From a virus (taxonomy: Duplodnaviria > Caudoviricetes): DNA of 59,981 bases. Position 1 is the stretch's first letter; the number at the start of each line of letters is the position of its first letter. The position numbers were made by a program, and so were the translations under genes. This document shows, piece after piece, positions 34,529 to 44,784 of this stretch. The stretch is taken from positions 1-59,981 of the IMG/VR virus record IMGVR_UViG_3300032293_001960. One strand, given 5' to 3'. The notes below the pieces were generated by a model, which was not told the DNA's origin, searched no databases, and saw only the letters and a list, made by a program, of their open reading frames with translations.

Positions 34529-36341
34529 CTCATCTGATTTATTCCGGAATAACGACGCTGTAAGTCGTACAGATGGCGCGTTGGTGAACGTGCTAACCGG
34601 CATGGGGACTGCCTCTACCGATCGCAGCGTCGCTACAAAAGTTGCGAATGCTTCACTGCTTTCTCAGACAGAGTTAGAAATACTGTATTTAAACGGTATC
34701 CCTCGCCGCTATGTAGATAATATTGCAGACGCAGTTCTGCGTCATCCCGCTACTATAAAACTAGGTGGGGACGACATACCCAATGCCAATGATCTCATTG
34801 CTGACTTTGAAGAGTATATAAAGAACCTCCAATTTCGCCGCGCTTACGCTGAAGTTGTCAAGCTCCAAAGGCTATACGGTGGTGCTGTCCTGGTCCTGCT
34901 GATTGACGATGGCCTTCCGCCTGATGAACCCGTTGACCCAGCACGTATCCGCGCTGTTCGAGGCCTAGTCCCGCTGTCTCGCCATGAGGTGATCCCCGAG
35001 GACTTCACGATTATTGACTACAGCAAGCCTCAGTTCTACCGCATATCCACTTCGCAGCGCCTGTCGCCCGACCAGACCAGCCGTTATGCCGATATACGCA
35101 TACACGCATCAAGAGTAGCTCGCTTTGACGGGCTGTATCTCCCCTGGAATCTCCGAGTGCGCAACACCGGCTGGGGCCAATCTGTTCTGCAACTAATTTG
35201 GGACGCCTTTAAGCGCTACGAAAGCGGCATGATGGGCTTGGAAACAATGCTTTCAGACGCAGATCTATTTGTACATAGTATTCCGGGGCTCTTTAATCGT
35301 ATTGCCGCTGGCAATGAATCAGACATCCGCAAGCGCCTAGAAGCCAATATCTTATCACGCAGCATGTACAAAGGTATGGTCATTGACAAAGAAGAGACAG
35401 TTACATATCTCAACCGTGCTCTCAACAATATCTCTTCAGCTACAGACCCCTTCATCAAAGACCTACAGGCCGCTACTGGTTGGCCTTCTGCCATCCTCAT
35501 GGGTGAGTCCCCCGGGGGCTTGGGCAAAGAGGGCCGCTTTGAGGAGCGTCTTTGGGCCTCCCTGGTGGAGAACTGGCAGGAGATCTATTGCCTACCTCCT
35601 GTTGAGCAGATTTTCACCTACATCCTGGCCAGCCAAGAGGGCCCCACCCGAGGACGCCCCCCGCGTAATTGGTCTGTTTCGTTCCCTTCAGCGTTCACCG
35701 AGACTAATAAAGAGAAAGCTGACATTCGCTCTGCTCAAGCACAAATAGACCATGCCTATATCAATATGGGTGTGTTGAACGCCATCGAAGTACGCGAAGC
35801 TCGCTTCGGCGGTACAGACTTCAACACCGAAACCACGCTCAATCCTGCTGTAACCGAGCAGTTGATCGCTGCTGCGGACGCCTCGTTCGAGAGTCAGATG
35901 ATGGGGTATCAGAACCAGCAGCTCACCACCCAGCAGCTCCCGGGTGGGGAGGAGCAGCCCCCTCCCCCCGCCCCCGAGGACGAAGCCAAGACCGACGTTT
36001 TCGACCATTACGCGGCCCACGGCATGCGGATCCGGGTCACCCACAGGATGGACGACCTATGTGCGGGCTATTTGGTGGGGCCTGATGGCCAGCGCACTGA
36101 TTCCAGCCAGGCGGCCCCCCTGGTTGTATTCGGCCCTAACCGCGCCCGGGCCTACAAGCTGTATCGAGCCCGCTTCGATCGTGACGGGGAGCTGATCGAC
36201 GGTCCCTATGCCACTGGTTTCGCGTCTCTTCGTGCTGCCAAGCTTGGAATTTCCCGATTATTCCGGCAAAATGTGGCAGGGCTCTCCGCTATACCCGAGA
36301 GCGAAATCGAGTCGCTTCGTGCTGGATGGGAGGTCTACTAA
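34521..36341 (+). CDS. portal protein (DUF1073 family)
   Basis: RLYGGA, IHASRV, GWGQSVL, LMGESPGGL motifs; position after terL. Confidence 0.85.
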   Translation: MSDSSDLFRNNDAVSRTDGALVNVLTGMGTASTDRSVATKVANASLLSQTELEILYLNGIPRRYVDNIADAVLRHPATIKLGGDDIPNANDLIADFEEYIKNLQFRRAYAEVVKLQRLYGGAVLVLLIDDGLPPDEPVDPARIRAVRGLVPLSRHEVIPEDFTIIDYSKPQFYRISTSQRLSPDQTSRYADIRIHASRVARFDGLYLPWNLRVRNTGWGQSVLQLIWDAFKRYESGMMGLETMLSDADLFVHSIPGLFNRIAAGNESDIRKRLEANILSRSMYKGMVIDKEETVTYLNRALNNISSATDPFIKDLQAATGWPSAILMGESPGGLGKEGRFEERLWASLVENWQEIYCLPPVEQIFTYILASQEGPTRGRPPRNWSVSFPSAFTETNKEKADIRSAQAQIDHAYINMGVLNAIEVREARFGGTDFNTETTLNPAVTEQLIAAADASFESQMMGYQNQQLTTQQLPGGEEQPPPPAPEDEAKTDVFDHYAAHGMRIRVTHRMDDLCAGYLVGPDGQRTDSSQAAPLVVFGPNRARAYKLYRARFDRDGELIDGPYATGFASLRAAKLGISRLFRQNVAGLSAIPESEIESLRAGWEVY

Positions 36342-36349
36342 CCTAAGTC

Positions 36350-37222
36350 TTGGATCTACTTGAGCGCTACAACAACCTGCTACGCAATGCTGAGGATGAT
36401 ACAGTTGTATTATTAAATAAGGTTTTGGAGAGTTCGTTCAATCGTCTGCTTCGCCGAGCACGGGAGTACATACGACGCGGCATGCAAGATCCTAGCCAAC
36501 GGAATGTACTGCTATTGCAATTATTCCGTGAGCTGATTCCTGCTGTGCGGCCGGACATGCAGGACCAGTATGACGAGTTATTCCGGAATTTAGTTGCGGA
36601 GGCATCCAAGCTTGGGATCGTGGCAGCTGATGCGCTCACGGGTGAGCTACTACCAACTCATCCACGAGTGGATATTACAATTCCGATTGAGGCAACGATG
36701 GCTGCTGCGGCGCAGGCCAAGGGGTATTTAAGGCGTCATGGGGATGAGTTTGCTCGAACTGCTGCGGAGATTGTGGCGCAGGGGGTTGCAGAGGGTCGTC
36801 CGACGGATGCGATGGTGCGTGATATGCGTGATCGTTTGGGGATTACAAGAGGGAGAGCGGAGACAATTGTACGAACCGAAAGCCTGCGGGCGTATTCGGA
36901 GGCAAGTAATGCATATTATGCTACAATAGGAATTGATCTAGTGATGTATTACGCGACAAGTGATGATCGGACTTGTCCCGTATGTCGAGACAGGGCAGGT
37001 CGTATTTATCGACGTACAGAGTTAAAGTTACCGTTACATCCACGGTGCCGGTGTGCTGTAGCGCCGTATGACCCTGAGATAGCGAGGATTGATCCTGCCT
37101 ATGCTGGGATGGCTGCACGTCATCGCAAGGAAGTCGCAAAGCATACTGGTGTTCCGTTAAGCGATGATTTAACAAAAGCAGTGTTTGAGTCGATGGCGCC
37201 TACTCCTGTTACAGATGTGTGA
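36350..37222 (+). CDS. minor head protein (Mu gpF-like)
   Basis: RAETIVRTE, DDRTCPVC, PLHPRCRC. Confidence 0.85.
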   Translation: MDLLERYNNLLRNAEDDTVVLLNKVLESSFNRLLRRAREYIRRGMQDPSQRNVLLLQLFRELIPAVRPDMQDQYDELFRNLVAEASKLGIVAADALTGELLPTHPRVDITIPIEATMAAAAQAKGYLRRHGDEFARTAAEIVAQGVAEGRPTDAMVRDMRDRLGITRGRAETIVRTESLRAYSEASNAYYATIGIDLVMYYATSDDRTCPVCRDRAGRIYRRTELKLPLHPRCRCAVAPYDPEIARIDPAYAGMAARHRKEVAKHTGVPLSDDLTKAVFESMAPTPVTDV

Positions 37223-37323
37223 CGGTTTGTGAACAGACTGCTTGTGGCCATGCCAACCACAACGGTAGGCGCTACAGTATGAAGACAGCAGGGGAGGCCC
37301 TGCACCACCACAACTTTTACATC

Positions 37324-37797
37324 ATGGCTACTCTCACCGCCAACCCAACGAGTACAACCAACGGTCAAGTCTCTAAGCCTAAGCCTTTGCCTAAGCTCTC
37401 AGACATTCAGACGATAGTGCCAGTTTACAAGCAAACATGGTTGCGTGTGACTGAGCGGTATGATCTTTACGACGAAGGCTGCAATAATATCGTTGCCAAA
37501 GAATGGCATTCTATGGTGCTTGATGTGCTGGCTTTTGGTTTCGTATCGACACCTTACTATCTATCGGAACACGCTTATTTTACGATGAATCCAGATAGTC
37601 CAGAGAGTCCCTATTGGCTTTTTAAGCCTGGAGATCTACAGGATGTAGTAGTTGAGGTTTTTGTCGGCGAAAAGCCTGACACATCAAAACCCATAAAGAG
37701 CTTTTGTGAAGGGTATACATATGTCTGTGAAGAGGGGGCTCCAGTTGAAACAGTTGACTATTCCCTTTATTGGATAACAAGTGATCATTCCCTATAA
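37324..37797 (+). CDS. hypothetical protein (start uncertain)
   Basis: AT-richer ORF inside the head cluster. Confidence 0.5.
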   Translation: MATLTANPTSTTNGQVSKPKPLPKLSDIQTIVPVYKQTWLRVTERYDLYDEGCNNIVAKEWHSMVLDVLAFGFVSTPYYLSEHAYFTMNPDSPESPYWLFKPGDLQDVVVEVFVGEKPDTSKPIKSFCEGYTYVCEEGAPVETVDYSLYWITSDHSL

Positions 37798-37896
37798 TTC
37801 TCGTGATAAACCTAAACAATGAGTCTCTCGATTGGTGCCGTCCTTGGCACCAGCACCAGTGGGTTGCTGAACAGCATCGCACTTGGAACTAGATCA

Positions 37897-38061
37897 ATGA
37901 GCCGCCCCTACGAAATCCACCTGCTGGCTCCCTCCGGCCAGCGCCGCACCCTGCACCTCCAGGCCCAGTCCCCATCTCATGCCCAGCTGTCAGCAATCGA
38001 GCTGGCAGGCCTCGGCCCCAAGGCCACGGTGATCCGCTGCCATCGCCTGGGGGACTGGTGA
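37897..38061 (+). CDS. small hypothetical protein
   Basis: MSRPYEIHL...RCHRLGDW; 5' end duplicated at 24542. Confidence 0.5.
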   Translation: MSRPYEIHLLAPSGQRRTLHLQAQSPSHAQLSAIELAGLGPKATVIRCHRLGDW

Positions 38062-38279
38062 GCGACCCCACCAACGCCGAGCGCTCCCGCCGCTGGCGTG
38101 CCAGGAAAGCCGGCAAGATGCCACCAGCAGAGCGGTTGATCTGCTCAGCCTGTGGAGCAGGTCGTAGCGGGCGCTACGGGGAGATCTGCCGTCGCTGCTG
38201 GGAGAGGGTCACGCCAGAGGGAAGGGCAGCAAAGGCTGAGCGGGTGGCAAAGACAAGGAAGAAGCGTGACGGATTGTGA
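38058..38279 (+). CDS. small Zn-finger protein, last codons supplied by the IS end
   Basis: TNAERSRRWRAR, CSACG...CRRC. Confidence 0.6.
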   Translation: MSDPTNAERSRRWRARKAGKMPPAERLICSACGAGRSGRYGEICRRCWERVTPEGRAAKAERVAKTRKKRDGL

Positions 38280-38298
38280 ACAGGCCTCGCTGTGCCCT

Positions 38299-38718
38299 TT
38301 AGGGCGGGGAGGAATGGCCTTCAGGACGATCCTGCTCAGCGATGTAGCGCCTGAGCGTTTCGATGGTGGCGCCGCCAGCACTTGAAGCGAAGTAGCTCGG
38401 ACTCCAAAGGTGCTCGCCGTGCGGACGCAAAGGGAACTCCTTGCGCAGCATCCGGCTCGACACTCCCTTGAGGGCGTTGACCAGGGCCGACACCGAGAGC
38501 GTTGGCGGGTACTCGACCAGCAGATGCACATGGTCGGCTTCGCCGTTGAACTCCAGCAACTGAAAGCCCATCTTTTCGGCGACACCGAGGCAGACCGCCT
38601 CCATTCGCTCAAGGTGCTCAGCCGTCAGCACGGCTCGCCTGTACTTGACGACAAAGACCAAATGGACGACCAGCCTGGAAACGCTGTGCCTGCCTCGCCT
38701 AAGCGGTTGCTGTGCCAT
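38299..38718 (-). CDS. tnpA: IS200/IS605 transposase TnpA
   Basis: HLVFVVKYRR, DHVHLL, WSPSYF, YIAEQ. Confidence 0.95.
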   Translation of the reverse strand: MAQQPLRRGRHSVSRLVVHLVFVVKYRRAVLTAEHLERMEAVCLGVAEKMGFQLLEFNGEADHVHLLVEYPPTLSVSALVNALKGVSSRMLRKEFPLRPHGEHLWSPSYFASSAGGATIETLRRYIAEQDRPEGHSSPP

Positions 38719-38747
38719 TGCACCCCAAGTCTGGTATGGTGATTGGT

Positions 38748-39950
38748 ATGCAACTACGGTACCGCTACCGCTGCTACCCCAGCCCCGCCCAACAGCAGGC
38801 CCTGTCCCGCTCGTTTGGTTGTGCTCGGGTTGTTTGGAATGACGCCCTGGCCCTGAGCAACAAGCTCTATGCCGAGGGGGAAAAGTATCCGGGCGGTTCG
38901 GCGCTGATGGCACTGGTCATCACCAAAGCCAAGCGGACGCCGGAGCGGCAGTGGCTGACCGAAGCATCCCATTCGATGCTTCAGCAGTCAGTGCGTGACC
39001 TGGACCGTGCCTTTCGCAACTGGTGGGGTTCACTCACCGGCAAGCACAAAGGCAAGGCCAGAGCACCGCGTTTCAAGAAGCGGAGCAACGACCAGAGCAT
39101 CCGTATCTGCGGCAAGCAGTTCCGCGTCACCGAGGGCGGCGTCCGCTTCCCCAAGGTGGGTGATCTGCCTCTGGTTTGGTCACGACCGCTGCCAGCGGTG
39201 CCTTCCTCCTGTACCATCATCAAGGATGCGGCTGGTCGGTACTTCGCCAGCTTTGTTGTGGAAGTGGATCGGCCCCAACTGGAGCCCAACGGCAACACCG
39301 TGGGAATCGACCTGGGCCTGACGACCTTCGCCACGCTCAGCACTGGCGAGAAAGTGGATGCGCCTAAGCCCCTGCGTTCCGCCTCCAAGCGGCTACGCAA
39401 GCTGCAACGCAACCTCAGCCGCAAGACCAAAGGCAGCAACCGCCGCAACCGGGCGCGGGTGCAAGTGGCACGGCTTCATGCCCGCATCGCTGACACCCGT
39501 AAAGATTTCCTCGACAAGCTCAGCACTCGCATCATCCGTGAGAACCAAACGGTGGTGCTTGAGGATCTGAAAGTCTCGGGGATGATCCGCAACCGCAAGC
39601 TGGCCCGTTCCATTGCGGATGCAGGCTGGCGTCAGTTCCGCCTGCTGCTGGAATCCAAGGCCCTGATGTATGGCCGCACGGTCAACATCATCAGCACCTG
39701 GGAGCCAACTTCTCAGCGGTGCTCAGCCTGCGGAGAACTAGGCGGCAAGAAGCCGCTCAACATCAGGGCGTGGACCTGTCTGCACTGCGGTGCCGAACAT
39801 GACAGGGACATCAACGCCGCCAATAACATCGCCGCCGCCGGACAGGTGGAGGCACAAAACGGACGTGGAGCCAGGCGTAAGACGGGCTTGCCCGCTGCAG
39901 GCTGTGAAGCGTCAACCCAACAGAGGAGCAAGCAGTTATGCCTGCTCTGA
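38748..39950 (+). CDS. tnpB: RNA-guided endonuclease TnpB
   Basis: RuvC GIDLG / LEDL / DRDINAA; zinc ribbon. Confidence 0.95.
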   Translation: MQLRYRYRCYPSPAQQQALSRSFGCARVVWNDALALSNKLYAEGEKYPGGSALMALVITKAKRTPERQWLTEASHSMLQQSVRDLDRAFRNWWGSLTGKHKGKARAPRFKKRSNDQSIRICGKQFRVTEGGVRFPKVGDLPLVWSRPLPAVPSSCTIIKDAAGRYFASFVVEVDRPQLEPNGNTVGIDLGLTTFATLSTGEKVDAPKPLRSASKRLRKLQRNLSRKTKGSNRRNRARVQVARLHARIADTRKDFLDKLSTRIIRENQTVVLEDLKVSGMIRNRKLARSIADAGWRQFRLLLESKALMYGRTVNIISTWEPTSQRCSACGELGGKKPLNIRAWTCLHCGAEHDRDINAANNIAAAGQVEAQNGRGARRKTGLPAAGCEASTQQRSKQLCLL

Positions 39951-40067
39951 CTGGAAATCTCCGGCCTTCAGGCCGGGGAGGATGTCAAGTCCCAGTTGGA
40001 CTGACCAACGCAGCTAACCAGATCCCCCGAGCACGTTACCTTAGGGCTATATCCCATTGTTGTTGCC

Positions 40068-40289
40068 ATGGCGTTGACCAAAAAGAACTTGATGCCATCC
40101 CCGCAGGAGGAAGAGTGTGAGGACGGCGGGATGTACAAGCCGATGATGCGCGATGGAAGCAGCCAAAAGCCACAACTGATGGCAAGCACGATGCAAGCTA
40201 ATCCTTTGAGCTACAAGCCCAAGCGGAAGAAGAAGCCCACGGCAGATGGCATCTGGGCTAAAGGCTTCGCTTCACGTCCTAGCAAGTAG
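40068..40289 (+). CDS. hypothetical protein
   Basis: 73 aa; DGIWAKGF C-terminus. Confidence 0.45.
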   Translation: MALTKKNLMPSPQEEECEDGGMYKPMMRDGSSQKPQLMASTMQANPLSYKPKRKKKPTADGIWAKGFASRPSK

Positions 40290-40505
40290 TTTCCGCACCT
40301 TGTAGCGGCTCAGACCTAGATGGCCTGCGATTCGCTGCTGACTCCAGCCTGCAATACGAAGGCGATGAACCCTAGATGTTGGGGTTTCACTGAGCCACGC
40401 CAGGAACAACAGGGGGAACACAAGCAGCATGAAAGCCCAGAAGAGGGCGCAAGAAATGGTCGTCATGGTGAAAAGCTGTGAGAGATCACCGGGGGCGAGC
40501 AACAA
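40272..40505 (-). CDS. membrane-anchored HTH protein
   Basis: hydrophobic N-terminus; GWSQQRIAGHLGLSRYKVRK. Confidence 0.6.
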   Translation of the reverse strand: MLLAPGDLSQLFTMTTISCALFWAFMLLVFPLLFLAWLSETPTSRVHRLRIAGWSQQRIAGHLGLSRYKVRKLLART

Positions 40506-40542
40506 GCCACGCGCTTCCGGTATCTCTGTAGCTTAGCACCTT

Positions 40543-40758
40543 TTACACGTCATCGACGACATCGCGAGCCTTTACGCCATATAAGTCACACAATTCAAGT
40601 AGCTTCAGCACAGATATTTCCACTTCCCCCGTTTCTAGGCGACTATATGCCGCTTGACTGATGCTCATGTGTTCCGCTACGTCACTTTGTGTCATTCCAG
40701 CGTGTATCCGTAGCGCTTTAATCCGCCTACAAATCGTCAACTGCCTGTAGATAGCCAT
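40543..40758 (-). CDS. XRE-family HTH regulator
   Basis: GMTQSDVAEHMSISQAAYSRLETG. Confidence 0.85.
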   Translation of the reverse strand: MAIYRQLTICRRIKALRIHAGMTQSDVAEHMSISQAAYSRLETGEVEISVLKLLELCDLYGVKARDVVDDV

Positions 40759-40819
40759 TACTCCTATCCGCTTTTCGATTAAGCCTACTCATTACACCCA
40801 AAACGAGTAATCTGAGGCC

Positions 40820-42073
40820 ATGGAAACATCTGTTTCTCGCTACGACTTCGCTCCTATAACAAAGAGCGAGACCACTCCAGAGGGCTACCTCCGGGTGTGG
40901 GGTCGTACAGCCCGTGTCGGCACTCAGTTGTACCGACGCGCAGACGGCAGCCAGGTTCGAGAGTACCGACCCCCTGAAGAGGTTGGTAACCCTGAATCAC
41001 TCAGTACGTTCGGAATGACCCCCGTAACGTATGGCCATCCCCCCGCTCTTCTTGATTCTACAAATACAAAGCTGTATCAAACTGGCTACTCCGGTAGCAA
41101 AGTCCATTACAGCGATGGCTTCGTAGAAGTCTGCCTCACTATTACAGATGCAGACTCCATCGAGAAGATTGAAAGAGGTGATGCTACCGAACTATCCGCT
41201 GGATACAAAGTCGATTACGACCCCACCCCTGGTGTAACTCCCAATGGTGAGGCCTACGACGGTATTCAGCGAAACATTCGTGTCAACCACATCGCTGTCG
41301 TCCCCAGAGGACGAGCGGGCCCTGAAGTCCGTCTGCTCCTGGACCGTATGGATGCTGCCGATGCAGTCGCCATCGATCCTGATTCCCCCCTCGATCTCTC
41401 ATCCCAGTTCCCTACAAAACCATCTCCTCGTATGGCCACTGTCAAACTCGACGGCCTGGAGATCGAACTGCCCAGTGATGCAGCAACCGCTGTCCAGTCC
41501 TATGTACGGGATCTGGAGCGCCGCGTTGATGCCGCAAAGGCCACCGAAAACGAGTTGCGTACTGCACTTGATTCGGCCAAGTCCGATCTCGAAGCCTTGT
41601 CCCAAGAAAAAGCTACCGCCGAAGGGCGTGCTGATGCTCTTAAAGAGCGAGTTGGCGAGCTGGAATCCGCCACCGCCCGTCTCGACACAGCGCAGATCGA
41701 CCAACTGGTTCAGAAGCGCCTGACCACCCTCAAGCACCTTGCTCCAGCCTTCGCTGACGATTTCCATTTCGATGGGATCGACGACGCAGAGCTCTACAGC
41801 CAGGCCTTTACCAACCTCACCGGTAACAAACCCCCCGAGGACGCAAACCTTAGTTACATCCAAGGCGCTGTGGACGGCATCCTCGCCCATCGCGACTCGG
41901 AAGATCCCGAGGACACCGAAGAGGACGAATCCCCTGAAGAGGACCGCGCCGATAGCTCTGTTGTTCTTCAGCAGGCTCTCAGAGGTGTTGGTAACTCCTC
42001 TCGCAATCCAATTGCGCAATACCATGCCGACCAACAGAACGCATGGAAAAAACCGCTCACTGCCACTAAGTAA
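40820..42073 (+). CDS. DUF2213 head maturation protease/scaffold
   Basis: TPEGYL, ELSAGY, NHIAVVPRGRAG; coiled-coil C-terminus. Confidence 0.88.
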   Translation: METSVSRYDFAPITKSETTPEGYLRVWGRTARVGTQLYRRADGSQVREYRPPEEVGNPESLSTFGMTPVTYGHPPALLDSTNTKLYQTGYSGSKVHYSDGFVEVCLTITDADSIEKIERGDATELSAGYKVDYDPTPGVTPNGEAYDGIQRNIRVNHIAVVPRGRAGPEVRLLLDRMDAADAVAIDPDSPLDLSSQFPTKPSPRMATVKLDGLEIELPSDAATAVQSYVRDLERRVDAAKATENELRTALDSAKSDLEALSQEKATAEGRADALKERVGELESATARLDTAQIDQLVQKRLTTLKHLAPAFADDFHFDGIDDAELYSQAFTNLTGNKPPEDANLSYIQGAVDGILAHRDSEDPEDTEEDESPEEDRADSSVVLQQALRGVGNSSRNPIAQYHADQQNAWKKPLTATK

Positions 42074-42697
42074 ATGGCTGTTACCTTCACCGCTACCACT
42101 GTAGCCAATCCCATCGGAGTTCAGGGGAATTATCCCCTGACTCAGGATGCAGCTCATGAGGGCATGATTGCTGATCAGCAAGCCTATGTCTCCCGTAGCT
42201 ACATCAACCAGTCCGGCGCGGCACTGCCGTTTGGGGCACTGCTGAGGATCGACAACACCCCGACAACCAATGTTGCATTGGCAGTCGAGATTGCTTCGGC
42301 AGCTACCAACATCGTTGGTCTTGCCGTGAGCTCCATGACCATGGAAGGTGTTGGAGGCTCCCAGTCCTACATCCCCAATCCCACTCCTATCTTTTCGGAC
42401 GGCCGCCTTGGTTATCCCGATAAGGAGGCCGTGAATGTCCTTTCCAAGGGCGTCACCTGGGTCTACGTCACCGAGGCCGTGGCCCTCGGAGATGACGTGC
42501 GCTTCTGGAACGCTGCCAACACTACCGGTGGTGGCGCTGTCGCAGGTGCGTTCCTCGGTCGTTTCGCCAAAACGGCCGTGGCCAATAAGACCACGCGCAT
42601 CACGGGTGCCCGCTGGCTCTCTGAAACCACGGCAGCCGGTCTTGTTCTCCTCGAACTGGACATCCCCGCCTCCACTTTTACCGCTGACGTGCCATGA
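42074..42697 (+). CDS. capsid decoration/cement protein
   Basis: between scaffold and capsid; VNVLSKGVTWV, GARW motifs. Confidence 0.7.
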   Translation: MAVTFTATTVANPIGVQGNYPLTQDAAHEGMIADQQAYVSRSYINQSGAALPFGALLRIDNTPTTNVALAVEIASAATNIVGLAVSSMTMEGVGGSQSYIPNPTPIFSDGRLGYPDKEAVNVLSKGVTWVYVTEAVALGDDVRFWNAANTTGGGAVAGAFLGRFAKTAVANKTTRITGARWLSETTAAGLVLLELDIPASTFTADVP

Positions 42698-43608
42698 CCA
42701 GAGACATCCGTAACGATGCTGATGTCGGCATCTTTCTTGCTCGCGAGCTGGAGCAAATCCTTACTCGCACTTTCGAGCAACAGTACGCTGACATTAAGTA
42801 TTCCACTGTTGTACCTATTTCCACTGAAGTAGGTCCCGGCGCTGATTCCTACACCTATCGGGTGTTCGACAAGATCGGCAGTATGAAGATGATCGCTGAC
42901 AAAGCGCAGGATCTTCCCCGCTCCGATGTGCTCCGCAAGGAAGTCACCCACCCGGTGCGCTCCTTCGGCGCCTCGTTCGCCTACACCGTTCAGGAAACCC
43001 GGGCCGCCTCCATGGTCCCCGGCATGAACCTGGAGCAGCGTCGGGCCAATGCCGTCAGGCGGGCCTACGAGGAGACCATGCAGTCCCTTGCCTACTTCGG
43101 GGAAACCGGAAGCGGCATGAAGGGCTTCCTCAATAACGATCAGATCGACAAGCTTGTTCCTAACAAGTGGTTCGATACTGCATCCACAGACGAGATGCTG
43201 CAACTGCTGAATGAAGGCCCCACTCGCCTTGTTCAAAACAGCAACATGAAGGAAAGCCCCAACACCATGTTGGTGCCCTACGACGTGTACCGCATCATCT
43301 CCACCACCCCGAGATCGCCCAACAGCGACACCACGGTTCTGGAGTTCTTCCTCCGCACCAATCCGATCATCCGTGCTATTGAGCCTATCAATGAGCTCGA
43401 AGCCTCGAAATCCGGTGGCCGCCTGTCCAAGGACCGCATCGTTATCTATGACCGGAGCCCGGACAAGCTCCAGTTCCATATCACTCAACCCCTGGAGTTC
43501 TTCCCTCCGGAACGCCGTGGTCTGGAATTTTCCGTTGCTGCACACGCACGCTGCGGAGGCCTCGCTTGGTACTACCCCAAGAGCGGCCTTGTCATGGAGA
43601 AGGCGTAG
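42694..43608 (+). CDS. major capsid protein (DUF2184 family)
   Basis: FLARELEQI, AYFGE..GMKGFLN, ARCGG..YYP; position. Confidence 0.85.
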   Translation: MTRDIRNDADVGIFLARELEQILTRTFEQQYADIKYSTVVPISTEVGPGADSYTYRVFDKIGSMKMIADKAQDLPRSDVLRKEVTHPVRSFGASFAYTVQETRAASMVPGMNLEQRRANAVRRAYEETMQSLAYFGETGSGMKGFLNNDQIDKLVPNKWFDTASTDEMLQLLNEGPTRLVQNSNMKESPNTMLVPYDVYRIISTTPRSPNSDTTVLEFFLRTNPIIRAIEPINELEASKSGGRLSKDRIVIYDRSPDKLQFHITQPLEFFPPERRGLEFSVAAHARCGGLAWYYPKSGLVMEKA

Positions 43609-43655
43609 CCTTTTTTGACCTATTCTGAACAGGTTGCTAGTACAACCAATTCATC

Positions 43656-44072
43656 ATGATCCTCGTTTATCGCCCCGAACTACTCAATCCCCCGATGGAC
43701 AAAGAAGCCTTTTGGGGCTTTTCGTTCTTGCAGGAGAAGGGCCTACCTGATTACTTCCGCCTTTCAGCGGGAGTGAATCGCGAGGTCGAGGAGTCAATTT
43801 GGGACAAGATCAAAACCTACGAAGAGGTTAAAACAGCTCTTCAACTCGGTGCTCTTCGCATCGAAGCAGAAGAGTCCTCTGCTGTAGAAGAAACTGTCAA
43901 GGGTGAAGTACACGAATCCATCGTTGCTTTCCCTCTTGAAACCGCCTTGCGGTTGATTGATGACAGCTTTGATCTTGAGCAGCTTTCCAAATGGGAAGCA
44001 AAGGATCAGCGAATCAAGGTCAAGAACGCGATTGCGCATCGCATCAAAGCCATTACTGCTGGTAATGGCTAA
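43656..44072 (+). CDS. hypothetical head-associated protein
   Basis: directly after the capsid gene. Confidence 0.6.
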   Translation: MILVYRPELLNPPMDKEAFWGFSFLQEKGLPDYFRLSAGVNREVEESIWDKIKTYEEVKTALQLGALRIEAEESSAVEETVKGEVHESIVAFPLETALRLIDDSFDLEQLSKWEAKDQRIKVKNAIAHRIKAITAGNG

Positions 44073-44380
44073 TGGCGATACCTTCTACTGATTTTTTCCT
44101 AACCCGGTTCCCCGAGTTCGGAGAGCAGTCAGAAGACATCGTGGCAGGAGCTATTGCAGAAGCAGGGCGTGCTGCTTCTCCTGTCGTGTGGGGTTCTCTC
44201 CACACAGACGGCGTCAGCTACCTTGCCGCCCATCTCCTGGCTACCCGCATCGCCCAGATCGGTCTGCAGATCGATGCTCGCTCCGGTTCCCCCACAGGCA
44301 ACCTGATCGAATCGACTCTTTACGGCCAAGAGTACAAACGACTTCTTGATTCACTCGCTATTTGTGGTTTCAGTCTCTAA
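44072..44380 (+). CDS. head-tail adaptor (DUF4054-like)
   Basis: FLTRFPEF, YLAAHLL, STLYGQEY. Confidence 0.8.
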   Translation: MAIPSTDFFLTRFPEFGEQSEDIVAGAIAEAGRAASPVVWGSLHTDGVSYLAAHLLATRIAQIGLQIDARSGSPTGNLIESTLYGQEYKRLLDSLAICGFSL

Positions 44381-44382
44381 TC

Positions 44383-44784
44383 ATGCCTATCGCTGCTGCG
44401 ATTATTGCTGATTACGCCCCTTGGGGTAATGCTGAATTAGCGTTTGAAGTGCCTGCAGATAGGCTAGGCACAGAAGATCCTACTACAGGAAACTTCACTC
44501 AAGATCTCGTAACTGTCGAATACCTCGCTGCTCTCAAGCTCCAGGTCCCCTCCTGGTCCGCTCAGAGTGGCGTAGACAGCACGGTCTATTCGTGCTCGGG
44601 GCGCTTGTTGCACCCCACCAAGCTCGATCCACGCATTACAAACGGCTCCCAAGCCTTTGCCACAATCAACGGCTACCGAGGCCGTTTCGAGCTTGTATTC
44701 GACCTCGCGATGGATGCCTACCACCGCGAAACCCTTCGTCAATCGATTGAAGGAACCTTCCGTGTCGTCGGAGGCCCAGCGTAA
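44383..44784 (+). CDS. putative head closure protein
   Basis: position in the neck module; start MPIAA. Confidence 0.5.
   Translation: MPIAAAIIADYAPWGNAELAFEVPADRLGTEDPTTGNFTQDLVTVEYLAALKLQVPSWSAQSGVDSTVYSCSGRLLHPTKLDPRITNGSQAFATINGYRGRFELVFDLAMDAYHRETLRQSIEGTFRVVGGPA

Larger units (their letters stand above)
38271..39988 (+). mobile_element. IS605-type element (divergent tnpA + tnpB)
   Basis: 5' flank TGAC; left hairpin GCCC-TTTA-GGGC; right end CCGGCCTTCAGGCCGG...GTCAA; left boundary approximate. Confidence 0.85.

Noticed and set aside
34521-36341. Anti-CBASS Acb1 function
   Set aside because: DUF1073 portals sometimes get this label, but I see no paired HxT phosphoesterase motifs; the ~110-aa C-terminal extension is unassigned.
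5570-39950. Nuclease-dead TnpB-derived regulators
   Set aside because: All three keep RuvC D/E/D residues and IS ends.
41399-43545. Long antisense ORFs (41399..42181, 42463..43545; also 1791..2609, 25940..26656)
   Set aside because: Shadow frames of strongly supported genes with GC-rich codon bias; no recognisable motifs.
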